Shown: positions 21,286 to 30,859 of the stretch, piece by piece
Layout: every line of letters begins with the position of its first letter
Numbering within the stretch: the first letter of the stretch is position 1
Assembly (NCBI GenBank): GCA_022820435.1
Contig: JAJEFL010000191.1
Coordinates: 1-61,930 of the forward strand
Source: Rhodothermales bacterium
GTDB lineage: Bacteria; Bacteroidota; Rhodothermia; Rhodothermales; Bin80
DNA length: 61,930 bases
Reading direction: 5' to 3'
Translations under genes and position numbers: made by a program
Notes under the pieces: generated by a model
The model's input: the letters and a program-made list of their open reading frames with translations, nothing else
The model's database searches: none
Told to the model about the DNA's origin: nothing

Positions 21286-22908
21286 TTGCCAGTCAGTCAT
21301 TCGGTCAAAATGGCACAAAAAATGATTCCCTCCAAGGGAATAAAGGGCAGATCACGGCTTTTCTCTGCGTACATAACGGACTATCCCCGACTGGCGGACT
21401 ATTATGCCGGAGACTGGCGTGAGGACAGCAGTTACAAAGCAGTTGCCCAAAAACTCACTGCAAGCCCCGTGGACCGCCGGATACTGGTAGATGTTCTGGA
21501 GGAGCAGAATGCAAACTGGGAGAATGGGACCCTTGCCGCGCAGCTGCGAGATCCGGATTCACTGGCCGTGGTTACCGGTCAACAGGTTGGAATTTTTGGG
21601 GGACCTCTCTACACATTTTACAAGGCCCTGTCTGCGGTTCGGTTGGCAGAGCGCCTGACCGGAATGCTTTCACGGCCGGTCATTCCGGTTTTCTGGATTG
21701 AGGGGGGAGACCATGATCTTGATGAGGTGCGGCAGATCAGCCTGATCGGTACAAAGATCTGGTACGAGGGGCATCGTCCTCCCGATACCGGCAATCTTGG
21801 CAGCGTCGGTTCTCTGGTGTTCGATGCAGATATGGATCGTGTCCGGGCAGAACTGATCGGCCATTTGCCGGGGAGTGAATTCCGGGATCAGGTACTGGGA
21901 AACTATTATTCTGCATATCGCCAGGGGGGCACCTTTACCGATGCATTTGCACATACCTTAAAATCTCTGCTGGGCAGGGGGACGATGGTGTTCATGAACC
22001 CGGAGGACTGCCGACTGAAAGAATTGACGGCACCGCTGCTCCGGCGTGAATTAAGAGAGTATGCAATTACCTACACCGCCCTGAAGACGACCAGCGATAC
22101 GCTGAAAAACAGTTATCATGCGCAGGTACATGTCCGTCCTGGAAACGTCTTCCGGCTCCGCGGTTCGCTGCGGGAATCACTACATCCGGGCAGCGAGGGT
22201 TATCGCCCGCAATTCTCCGAGGCGGAACTCATTCCCATTGATCAGATCCACAAAATTCCGCCATGCAGTCTGAGTCCCAATGTGGTGATGCGACCACTGG
22301 TACAGGATTCGCTTTTGCCCACGGTGGCCTATGTAGCAGGTCCGGGTGAAGTTGCCTATTTTGCGCAACTTAAAGCGCTCTATCGGTGGGCCAAACGCCC
22401 AATGCCCATCATTTTTCCACGGGCGAGTCTTACGATCATTGAGCCGAGAATTGCGAAACTGATGGAGCGTCACGCGTTGACGGTGGAGGAGTTGGCTGAC
22501 GAGATTTCAGAACTCATGCGCAGACGTGTTCTGGAAGGGTCCGAGTTTGCACAGGCATTTGAGACGGCCGGGCAGATGCTTGATGCGTGTGCAGACGGGG
22601 TAAGACCTGCCGTGACCCAGGTAGAGGTAACCCTGCGACCTACGGTAGAGGCGACGCTGGTGCAATGGAAGAAAGCGCTGGCGAAGTTGCGGCAGCGTAC
22701 CGAGCGTGCAGAGAAGCGGCATCACGAACAACTGATGACGCAAATTGAGCACTGTAAAGCTGCGCTATATCCCAATGGAAATGTTCAGGAGCGGGAATTA
22801 CCTGCACTCTATTATTTGACGAAGTATGGTGACAGTTTCGTTGAGCAGGTACGCTCCCAACTTCGTATTGATCACGACGGAGCGCATCAATCATTGATGC
22901 TGGCGTAA
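21286..22908 (+). CDS. bshC: Bacillithiol biosynthesis cysteine-adding enzyme
   Basis: VVTGQQVGIFGGPLYTFYK, PVFW...DHD, SPNVVMRP, YVAGPGEVAYFAQ and QER. Start uncertain (21286 or slightly downstream). Confidence 0.92.
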   Translation: MPVSHSVKMAQKMIPSKGIKGRSRLFSAYITDYPRLADYYAGDWREDSSYKAVAQKLTASPVDRRILVDVLEEQNANWENGTLAAQLRDPDSLAVVTGQQVGIFGGPLYTFYKALSAVRLAERLTGMLSRPVIPVFWIEGGDHDLDEVRQISLIGTKIWYEGHRPPDTGNLGSVGSLVFDADMDRVRAELIGHLPGSEFRDQVLGNYYSAYRQGGTFTDAFAHTLKSLLGRGTMVFMNPEDCRLKELTAPLLRRELREYAITYTALKTTSDTLKNSYHAQVHVRPGNVFRLRGSLRESLHPGSEGYRPQFSEAELIPIDQIHKIPPCSLSPNVVMRPLVQDSLLPTVAYVAGPGEVAYFAQLKALYRWAKRPMPIIFPRASLTIIEPRIAKLMERHALTVEELADEISELMRRRVLEGSEFAQAFETAGQMLDACADGVRPAVTQVEVTLRPTVEATLVQWKKALAKLRQRTERAEKRHHEQLMTQIEHCKAALYPNGNVQERELPALYYLTKYGDSFVEQVRSQLRIDHDGAHQSLMLA

Positions 22909-22932
22909 TCCGGATTTACAGGCCGGAGGGAT

Positions 22933-24351
22933 TCACTGTGCGCGTAGTGAGTCCAGCGCCTGTATCATTGAAGAGGCAATATCAGGATATGCTTTATACT
23001 GATTGGTTGTCTCTGCCGGATCCTCATCAAGATTGTACAACTGTCTGGGCGGAGCATCCGGGGGAATCTCAACATTGGTGAAACCACCGGATCCCTGCCC
23101 GTCAATCAGTTTCCAGCCCCCCTGTCGAATGGCTAACAGGCCATGGAAGGACTGATGTACGGCTTCCTTGCGGGTGCTGGATCCGCCATATAGAACGGGT
23201 AACATGCTGAAACTGTCTATGGCCCGGTGCCGGGTTCCGGTAAAGTCGGCAAGGGTTGCAAAGAAGTCAGTGTGTACCACGAGTTCATCAGTGGTGGAAC
23301 CGGCCTCTATCACGCCCGGCCACCGGGCAATAAACGGGACGCGATGCCCGCCCTCATGTATATCTGCCTTCATTCCCCGCCAGGGATGATTAGGTTCATG
23401 TTCAAAGATATCAGAAACTGCCCTTGGCCAATACGCGCCATTATCGCTGGTCACGATCAGGAGTGTACGATCTGCCTGATTATTTGCGGCCAGTGCTTCA
23501 ATGATTTGCCCAATTGCATCATCCACCATCACGACAAAATCCCCGTATTCGCCTGCCTGACTGCTTCCAGCAAATTCTTCGGTGGGGAGCCAGGGGGTGT
23601 GGGGGGCCGCTAGCGGCACATAGAGAAAGAAAGGCTCTTCGTTTTGAGAGCGTTCGGTGATGTAATCAGCTGCCCGCTGTGCGATTACGGGTAGCACATC
23701 TATATGATCAAAATCGGGGGCCATTGGGCCGGATCTCCAAAAATTCCCGATGCAGCAGCTATCGGGATTGTCACCATATTCCGTGGGGAGTGCGGTAGGA
23801 TGCTCATTTTCCACCCAGACATAGGGGGCCATATCCAGTGATGCAGGAATGCCGAAAAAGTAATCAAAGCCCAGGGCACGCGGGCCGGGGGCAAGGGGGG
23901 CATTATAGTCTGTAGAGTCGGCATTTCCAAGTCCTAGATGCCATTTACCGATGGCGGCGGTATGGTATCCTGCCTCGGACGTGATATCGGCAATGGTGAC
24001 ACGGCTGGTATCAATGATCAGGGGCGAGTATCCTTCGGTGACACCGGATGCCAACTGCGGCAAGCGCCATGCATAGCGGCCGGTTAACAGCCCGTACCGC
24101 GTAGGTGTACAGACTGCCGAGGGGGAGTGCGCATCGGTAAACCGCATCCCTTCTGCGGCAATGGCATCCATGTATGGGGTTGGCGTTGCCGAGTTGTCGT
24201 TATAACTCCCTAGGTCTCCCATTCCCATGTCATCGGCCATAATGAATACGACATTGGTTTTTTCGGGTGAATTGCAACTTACGAGAAAGACTAGAAGGAC
24301 AAACAGGGGTATACGTGTCATTTGGTGAGTTAGCAGATCAAAGTTGTACAT
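22933..24351 (-). CDS. Arylsulfatase (S1, formylglycine-dependent), lipoprotein
   Basis: MADDMG, CTPTRYGLLTG, GKWHLG, SDNG and lipobox LVSC. Confidence 0.93.
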   Translation of the reverse strand: MYNFDLLTHQMTRIPLFVLLVFLVSCNSPEKTNVVFIMADDMGMGDLGSYNDNSATPTPYMDAIAAEGMRFTDAHSPSAVCTPTRYGLLTGRYAWRLPQLASGVTEGYSPLIIDTSRVTIADITSEAGYHTAAIGKWHLGLGNADSTDYNAPLAPGPRALGFDYFFGIPASLDMAPYVWVENEHPTALPTEYGDNPDSCCIGNFWRSGPMAPDFDHIDVLPVIAQRAADYITERSQNEEPFFLYVPLAAPHTPWLPTEEFAGSSQAGEYGDFVVMVDDAIGQIIEALAANNQADRTLLIVTSDNGAYWPRAVSDIFEHEPNHPWRGMKADIHEGGHRVPFIARWPGVIEAGSTTDELVVHTDFFATLADFTGTRHRAIDSFSMLPVLYGGSSTRKEAVHQSFHGLLAIRQGGWKLIDGQGSGGFTNVEIPPDAPPRQLYNLDEDPAETTNQYKAYPDIASSMIQALDSLRAQ

Positions 24352-24537
24352 TTTTGGTACGGACCAAGGTTACGAATTGGGTATTTGTGGAGCCGTGAGA
24401 CAAAATCCACTGCCATGTTAAGTTACTGCATGCAGCCGATCCAGTGCAGGGGGCATTTTGCAGGAATTTGGATTGCGTCATATTTCATCGAATCATCGTA
24501 TTCAGAACTAGACAGAGACAGATTCATCAGGATACGG

Positions 24538-25335
24538 CTACTTGCACACTACGCCTTGTTCAATCCATCCGAGTGCGGTTGGTGCATTGGCGGCGGGAGG
24601 TTCGATACAGCCGGTCTTTATGGTATGTGGTTCGGATGAAATCGTGCCCCATTGTGTACTCTTGCGGACAGGGTCTGATTTGAGGGGCATCCTGTCCACG
24701 CATTTTGGGCGTTCCATCTCTATGTTCGGGCAATTTCGCAGAATTCCGGATAATGCATCGGCTTCTTTTCGATCCATTGTAAGGCCGTATTTTCGCTTGA
24801 TTTCCACGATCCGGTTCGCATACCAGCAACGGTTGTGACGCGGGAGCCATTCGCTCGCATCATAGGCAATCTTCTGGCGGCGATTGAGCAGCGGGGCGGC
24901 GTGGGTGAGGTTCAGCAGATCTTCTGCAAACTCTTCGCGAACCTGAGATGAAGCGGCACATAGGCCGGAATCGTGCGCTTCGGAACGTGCCACAATATGT
25001 TCAATGTCGGTTTGCCGGATGGAGACAAAGCATCTCATGCTGTAGGGAGAGAACAGTCCACCCTGATAGATGGAAATTTCCGGTTCTATGGATTGAGAGT
25101 AGGGGTAGTCTCTGCTGCTGTAGGAACTGCAGCGATCTTCGGGGCGGATCGGGATTCCCCGGAAGGTGTCTGCGGCAGATTGTGAGATGGCGGCAGACGG
25201 CAGAAAAAACAATCCTGTAAGGAAAAATGCCCCTGCCATCTGCAGGATTCTTTTCTTGCGTATGGTCAGGAAACGAAAACTCCACAGCAACCGCGTATCC
25301 GAACGTATACACATTTCTGTTTGATCAAGTGCCAT
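24538..25335 (-). CDS. Probably exported HNH nuclease (DUF1524-like)
   Basis: DIEHIVARSEAHDSG...DLLNL...N..QK...EWLP..NRCWY...KYGL; hydrophobic signal-like segment. True start probably downstream of 25335. Confidence 0.7.
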   Translation of the reverse strand: MALDQTEMCIRSDTRLLWSFRFLTIRKKRILQMAGAFFLTGLFFLPSAAISQSAADTFRGIPIRPEDRCSSYSSRDYPYSQSIEPEISIYQGGLFSPYSMRCFVSIRQTDIEHIVARSEAHDSGLCAASSQVREEFAEDLLNLTHAAPLLNRRQKIAYDASEWLPRHNRCWYANRIVEIKRKYGLTMDRKEADALSGILRNCPNIEMERPKCVDRMPLKSDPVRKSTQWGTISSEPHTIKTGCIEPPAANAPTALGWIEQGVVCK

Positions 25336-25407
25336 GATTACAGCTGTTTTTTCTTTAACACCGCAAATTTAGTCTGGTAAGATGCCATGGACAGGGGGAA
25401 GACAGAA

Positions 25408-26970
25408 TCATCGTTCACAGGCGATCCCGTCTTGGTCACCGTCGAGTTTCATTGCGTCATCAGAAGTGGCATTGAACCTTCGATAGGGGAGTTTTTTACA
25501 GCCGCCCCAGAAATTTTCAGGGATACACACGAACCAGTCCGGGTAACTGGAATGACAGTTCATGGATTGCATCAGGGGGTAAATTTTCTTCAGATTCTCG
25601 TATTTGTGCGCGGCAATGATCCGATAAGGCGGCAGTTTGGGGAGGGGAGGGCGATCCGTCTGGCACCCAGGGTCCCGGATATCTGCCAGGTTATCAAAAT
25701 CATTGTCAACTCCATCAGTGCATGCGGATCCAGATTCGTAGGATTCGGGGTCCGGACGTGCTCCTTTCTGCATCCACTTTTCGGGGATACTTTGCCAGAT
25801 GTCTTCGTAGTATGTATCAAACTGCCGTGTCAATTCGGGTGAGTTGATCAGGATGGTATTCTCGTCGTTGGCCCATTCTCCGGCAGATGTCCAATTCATA
25901 GAACCCATGACCAGATATTGATCATCAATAGAGGCCGCCTTCATGTGCATCTTGCCGCCCCAGTTCTCAATCTTGACCGGGATTCCAGCTTCCCGCAGTA
26001 TTTCGTGTTTGGAATACTCATTTTTGGCGGAGGTTGCATCAATAATGACCCGAACGTCTACGCCGCGCTGGTGTGCGGCAATCAGATCCGCCGTGAGATA
26101 CTTTGCGGTAAGGAAGAAGACGGCGACATGGATGCGCGTTTCGGCTTTTGCAATCAGTCCGCGTACACCGTAGCGGAGTGATTGATCCTGTGGGGAGAAC
26201 CAGATTGTCACTTTTCCGGATCTGAGTTGGAATTCTTCGATCCCATCCGCGGATTTTGAACAAGTCCCGTCTCTTTCCCAGAGTTGTTCAAATTCCTGTG
26301 TATAGATGGATGCAACCCGTCTGGAGTGAAGGATGACGACTGCATTGGCATTGTAGCCACCCGTGCCGGAATTAGACAGGTTGGCCGAACCGGTCCAGAT
26401 GTGTTCGTTATCAATTATAAAGAACTTGTTGTGCATGATACTTGCAGCGGCAAATTCTTTTCTTGCGGCGTGACCGGTGACGAGGATGCGTTCCTGTCCC
26501 AGATCATAGGCCAGACACTGGAGCGGGCCACTGAATCCGGAGGGCCTTTGCCGCTCACAGGGAGGCACTTGAGTAAACTCATCCCGGCATTTTTTCTCCC
26601 GCACAGAATCATCTCGAATATTCCCGATCTCCCGTTCCCATACATGTGTGGAACTGTAATAGTTTTTGTTCTGGGCATCCTTGTCTACATACCCCCTCAG
26701 GGCGACTCCCCGTTCCCGTGCCCGGAGGACTGCCTGCAGGAGTTCAGATTGCATGCGTGTGCCATAGACGGCAAAGTCAATCGTCTCCTCCGCCTGATCA
26801 ATCAGCTTTACCAGAGACGTACAGAGTTTACTGTCACACTGATCAAGGGGTTGATCAAACTCTCGCGGGTCCTGCAGGACGAGTTCAATATCAGGTTCGG
26901 CAATGCATCCGAGCAGGATGAAAACAGCAAGTGCGGTCCACTTTAGAGGAGCGTTGCCGAACAGGTTCAT
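25408..26970 (-). CDS. Phospholipase-D-superfamily (Nuc-like) lipoprotein with two HKD motifs and an Excalibur-like C-terminus
   Basis: HNKFFIID...GSAN, HMKAASID...GSMN, lipobox LLGC and terminal LDGDQDGIACE. Confidence 0.82.
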   Translation of the reverse strand: MNLFGNAPLKWTALAVFILLGCIAEPDIELVLQDPREFDQPLDQCDSKLCTSLVKLIDQAEETIDFAVYGTRMQSELLQAVLRARERGVALRGYVDKDAQNKNYYSSTHVWEREIGNIRDDSVREKKCRDEFTQVPPCERQRPSGFSGPLQCLAYDLGQERILVTGHAARKEFAAASIMHNKFFIIDNEHIWTGSANLSNSGTGGYNANAVVILHSRRVASIYTQEFEQLWERDGTCSKSADGIEEFQLRSGKVTIWFSPQDQSLRYGVRGLIAKAETRIHVAVFFLTAKYLTADLIAAHQRGVDVRVIIDATSAKNEYSKHEILREAGIPVKIENWGGKMHMKAASIDDQYLVMGSMNWTSAGEWANDENTILINSPELTRQFDTYYEDIWQSIPEKWMQKGARPDPESYESGSACTDGVDNDFDNLADIRDPGCQTDRPPLPKLPPYRIIAAHKYENLKKIYPLMQSMNCHSSYPDWFVCIPENFWGGCKKLPYRRFNATSDDAMKLDGDQDGIACER

Positions 26971-27093
26971 AGGTTTGAAAGGCGGTTTGCACTTCAAAGA
27001 TAAGTACTTTGGGGTTGTCACGGATTCATCGGGATCCCATTACAAATGAAAATCCGGGCATTTACCGCGGCCCATTCCATTGAATCGTGTTCC

Positions 27094-27888
27094 CTAATTA
27101 CTGGAAGCTTTGGCCTCGAGTTCTTCCAGAGAGATCAGCAGCTCCTCGGTTACCCAGCCATATTGCGGGTTAATTTCCAGTGCCCGTTCAAACGCATCCC
27201 GTGCCTCTTCCAGATCTCCCCGATCCATGTATACCACTCCGAGGCGTGCATGAACTTCATCGTGTCCCCACGAGGGCTGGAATGGATGAGTGATGTTTTC
27301 TTCTTCAAAAATTTTTAGCGCCTCATCAAATTCTGCCTCTGCCATTGCCTTGTCTCCACCTACAAAGCCGGGAAGGTTATAGTTGATGATTCCCTTCATC
27401 AATTTGATGCGTGGATTGTCGGGTTCCAGTTCAAATGCTAGGTCTCTAGCCTGACGGTATTTGCGGCTGAGGCCGACGGCCCGAAGTGGTCTTACAGAAA
27501 TTTTATGAACATACGAACTTGAGAGCAGCATCCATGCGTCTGCAAATGCCGGATCAATCGCTACCGCCGCTTCCAGATGTTCAATAGAGTTATTGATATG
27601 GTCTAAGCGGACACGATTACCGGCCTCCTTCACACCTTCCCGGATCATATTGGCCATTGCACTTGAGGCGGCAGCAGCATAGTAGTGGGCCCAGACGGAA
27701 AGGCTGTCATCATCGGTTAAAGGTTCGAGGAGTGATCGAGCTTCTAGAATCTGATCATAATCCCGTTTGTCTGATCCATCATCTAAAACATCCATTCCCT
27801 CTCGCAGGAGATCCCGATTTGATTGTGCCTGAACTGTTGTAATGCAGGGAAAAAAGCATGCAAGCGTAATTATGCCTATGTAGTTCAT
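27094..27888 (-). CDS. Secreted tetratricopeptide-repeat protein
   Basis: Signal peptide MNYIG...VQAQ; TPR motifs AVAIDPAFADAW and AFERALEINP; GGDK motif. ATG 27888 preferred over 28038. Confidence 0.78.
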   Translation of the reverse strand: MNYIGIITLACFFPCITTVQAQSNRDLLREGMDVLDDGSDKRDYDQILEARSLLEPLTDDDSLSVWAHYYAAAASSAMANMIREGVKEAGNRVRLDHINNSIEHLEAAVAIDPAFADAWMLLSSSYVHKISVRPLRAVGLSRKYRQARDLAFELEPDNPRIKLMKGIINYNLPGFVGGDKAMAEAEFDEALKIFEEENITHPFQPSWGHDEVHARLGVVYMDRGDLEEARDAFERALEINPQYGWVTEELLISLEELEAKASSN

Positions 27889-28046
27889 CGGATTCAGGTG
27901 GATACAGTGACGTTCTTGTTTAATCAACTCAAACCATGTTCTACTCATTACCGGTTCAAAGGTTAATTGAGGGGCCGGATATGTGAGTAATCTGATAATG
28001 TTAGATGATCTATATTGTAGTTGCATTTTAACCTGCACAACTTCTC

Positions 28047-29032
28047 ATGCCTCGAACTCCTTGCTCAAGCCAGCCCCTTATGGATCTCATTCGTGAACGA
28101 AAGGTCGTCATGTATGCCGACCTACAAAATGCACTTGGTGCCGTAAGCCGACAAACGGTATACCGTAAGATGCTTGAGGTCGGAGTCCGATCCAGCTATT
28201 CTCACGGAGGGCGCTACTATACCCTGGATGAATGTGCAGACTATGATGCGAATGGACTTTGGTCGTATGGCGAAATTCATTTTTCCCGTCACAATACTCT
28301 CAATGATACCTTGGTGTATTTGGTGGATCAATCTCCCCGCGGTTTGCGTGCACGGGATCTCAAGCAAATCGTGAAGCTTGAGGTCTTAACCATATTGCAC
28401 CGGCTCGCCAAAGCCGGTCGCATGTTCCGAACCAAAATCGGTGACCATTATGTCTACTTTTCGACGAATGCAGATCGGCGAAGGCGGCAACGGCATCGTC
28501 CTGCTGCTCCACCCATTCTCGGGACGACCACCTTTGTGGAGGCGGTGCAGCGGTTTTGTGGAACCCTCAATGAAAAGCAACGGCGATTGTTTGCTGGATT
28601 GGAGGCACTTCGTGCGGACAGTGGAGGGGACGGGAAAGTCGCGGATCTACTGGGGATGTCTCGTACAACAGTGACCAAAGGTCGGAAACAGCTTTTGTCG
28701 GGAGACTTTGAGGAGAAGCGCATCCGCAAACCCGGCGGCGGCCGGAAAAGCATTGAAAAAAAACCGAATTCAACGAACACTTTGTGTGCATAGTGGAGAG
28801 GGAGACGGCGGGAGATCCAATCCATGGAACCTGTTGGGTTCGAAGGACCGCCGCCAGCATTGCAGAAGAACTGGGACTTTGGGGAGTTCAGTGTTCGGAC
28901 ACTACGGTGCGTCGAGTCTTGTTAGATTGGGGGTTTAAGCAGCACGTGAATCGAAAAATGATTGCGACCGCAATGCATCCAGACCGTGATGGGCAGTTCA
29001 AATTGATTCATATTGTTCGGAATTCCCCCTGA
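28047..29032 (+). mobile_element. Truncated ISAzo13-family transposase, split by a -1 frameshift
   Basis: orfA has LNEKQRRLFAGLEA...RIRKPGGGRK; the -1 frame has TAGDP...W...SDTTVRRVL...NRK...HPDRDGQF. The frame stops before the DDE domain. Confidence 0.8.
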
Positions 29033-29322
29033 GCAAATTCATCTGAATACACACCTTTTAGAGTCTCAAAAAGAGCGAAAAATAGATGGTTTGGCTATCT
29101 ATGATACGCAGGTGTGCTGTCTAACTCTGCGATCATATTTTACCCACGGGCCGCTAGGCCCCCGGCGGACAAGAGAATAATCTAGGCCCGTAGTGCAAGT
29201 GACTGTGAAGTCTTGGTTCAACCCCGAGACAAGAAAATTTTTTACTGATTAAACATTTTTGATACAAAATACTAGTAATCTTGAAATTCAGGAACTATCG
29301 TACGGTTTTAGTGCAGTAAAAA

Positions 29323-30468
29323 TCATGAATCACGTAACAGTTCAACTGACAATACACGTACAAGAGGTACTCCACTACGGTAATCTGTGATAAACAGTCT
29401 ATCACCCGAACCAGGATATATCAATACTGGAACGAAAGGGGTTTCGTTTATGGGATCGGCTAACCAGTCAATGCTGTGCCCTCCGACAAGATTTCGGTCC
29501 TTGTCAAACATTTCAACAAAAATGATTTTACCACTCCCCCTCTGGCGTACAGAGAAATGAGCAAGTATATCATCATGTGTTACACTGAGACCGACAGACC
29601 AGCAATTTACCAAAGCCACATCCCTTTCATGAGAATAGTTCAACTCAACAGCAGCGGGATTGCGATCAATTTCTGATTCGCTAATGCTAACGATAGGTGG
29701 TTTATTTGGGGGCGTTCCCTTTAGCCGATAGCTGGGTTCAGGAGCCGCTAAATCAAGGTCATATGCCAATAGATTCCCGTCACATACGGGTGGAGCCATG
29801 ATTAGGTGTTTACGCCATACTATGATTCGGCCAAGGTTAAAATAAGTTAGTGTATTCATAAAAGACATATTTGAGAGCGGCCAATCTTCGAAATCTACAA
29901 ATCGGTCTCGGAGGGTAGAAAAAGTGGAATCCCAACGATGAACGAGTCTGCTAGTTGAAGAGATACGGTACAGGCCAAGGTAATCGCCATTATATGGGAC
30001 AAGGTCACGCAACCATAGAATAGAATTCGGCGAGGTGCGAATAGTTTTAATTTCTCCCGTTGGAAAGATTGTTGTAATCCTAGTATTGAATTGATCATAT
30101 ACGAGAATTTTTCCCTGTGGTGTAACCCAGCCTGCAGAGATACTGTGGAATTCTCCGGGCCCACTCCCCCTTTCGCCTAGCACTCCTAATGCGTGGCCGT
30201 TAGAGTCAAATACTTTGATCCGCATTGACAACTGATCAAACACGTATATGCTGCCAGAATTGTCAGATCGCACTACAACAGGATCACCAAACATATTAAT
30301 GGGATCTTCTTCAGATGTACCCAGCACGAAATGTTCTTTCAATTCCATGCGAATTTCTTGCGCACCGGCAGGTGCTACACCGCCCTTCAATGCAACCAGC
30401 AATACAGCAGTCAACAGCAACCAATGCTGTAAACATGCTTTATAGTTATTTACCCCATAAAAAAACAT
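29323..30468 (-). CDS. Secreted 6-bladed beta-propeller (NHL/TolB-like) protein
   Basis: Signal peptide, IYVFDQ...IKVFDSNG...GERGSGPGEF; AT-richer than the flanking core genes. Confidence 0.78.
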   Translation of the reverse strand: MFFYGVNNYKACLQHWLLLTAVLLVALKGGVAPAGAQEIRMELKEHFVLGTSEEDPINMFGDPVVVRSDNSGSIYVFDQLSMRIKVFDSNGHALGVLGERGSGPGEFHSISAGWVTPQGKILVYDQFNTRITTIFPTGEIKTIRTSPNSILWLRDLVPYNGDYLGLYRISSTSRLVHRWDSTFSTLRDRFVDFEDWPLSNMSFMNTLTYFNLGRIIVWRKHLIMAPPVCDGNLLAYDLDLAAPEPSYRLKGTPPNKPPIVSISESEIDRNPAAVELNYSHERDVALVNCWSVGLSVTHDDILAHFSVRQRGSGKIIFVEMFDKDRNLVGGHSIDWLADPINETPFVPVLIYPGSGDRLFITDYRSGVPLVRVLSVELLRDS

Positions 30469-30611
30469 TTTAATATATGATTAAACAGTCAAGTGACCCT
30501 TTACTCCCCCATGCCCAATTCATATGATGGTACAAGCAGGGCGTAAAAGTGGGGGCGGATGCCTGGAAAGAACGAACTAATTGAACAAGCAGCAGCCCAA
30601 GAGTATTTCGT

Positions 30612-30803
30612 TCAACGGACTTTTTCACGATCTGATGCGGTACAGCTGCCGCCCCCAAAGACGCAGTGTTTATATCCTCTAGCACAGCCGCTCCAGCCTG
30701 AACCTGAGGACGGAGCACATTTGTTATCGGGTGTACCATCATTCATACAGAAATAGCAAACGCTCAATGCCGGCTGGGTGGGTTGCTCAACCGGTACTAT
30801 TGT
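30612..30803 (-). CDS. Cryptic six-cysteine peptide frame (5'-truncated, or starting at TTG 30767)
   Basis: Open frame TIVPVEQPTQPALSVCYFCMNDGTPDNKCAPSSGSGWSGCARGYKHCVFGGGSCTASDREKVR*; absent from the ORF track. Confidence 0.5.
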   Translation of the reverse strand, partial: TIVPVEQPTQPALSVCYFCMNDGTPDNKCAPSSGSGWSGCARGYKHCVFGGGSCTASDREKVR

Positions 30804-30859
30804 TTAAGATTTGTACGGACTACATCTGTGAATCCGTCAATTTCACCGAGGCATCCATA

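Noticed and set aside
29140-29245. Short repeated motifs (CTAGGCCC, GACAAGA) after the ISAzo13 remnant
   Set aside because: Too short and irregular to call an IS end, REP element or ncRNA.
30470-30742. 90-aa ORF from the track, upstream of the propeller gene
   Set aside because: No motif. The overlapping six-Cys frame looks more like a real product, though neither is proven.
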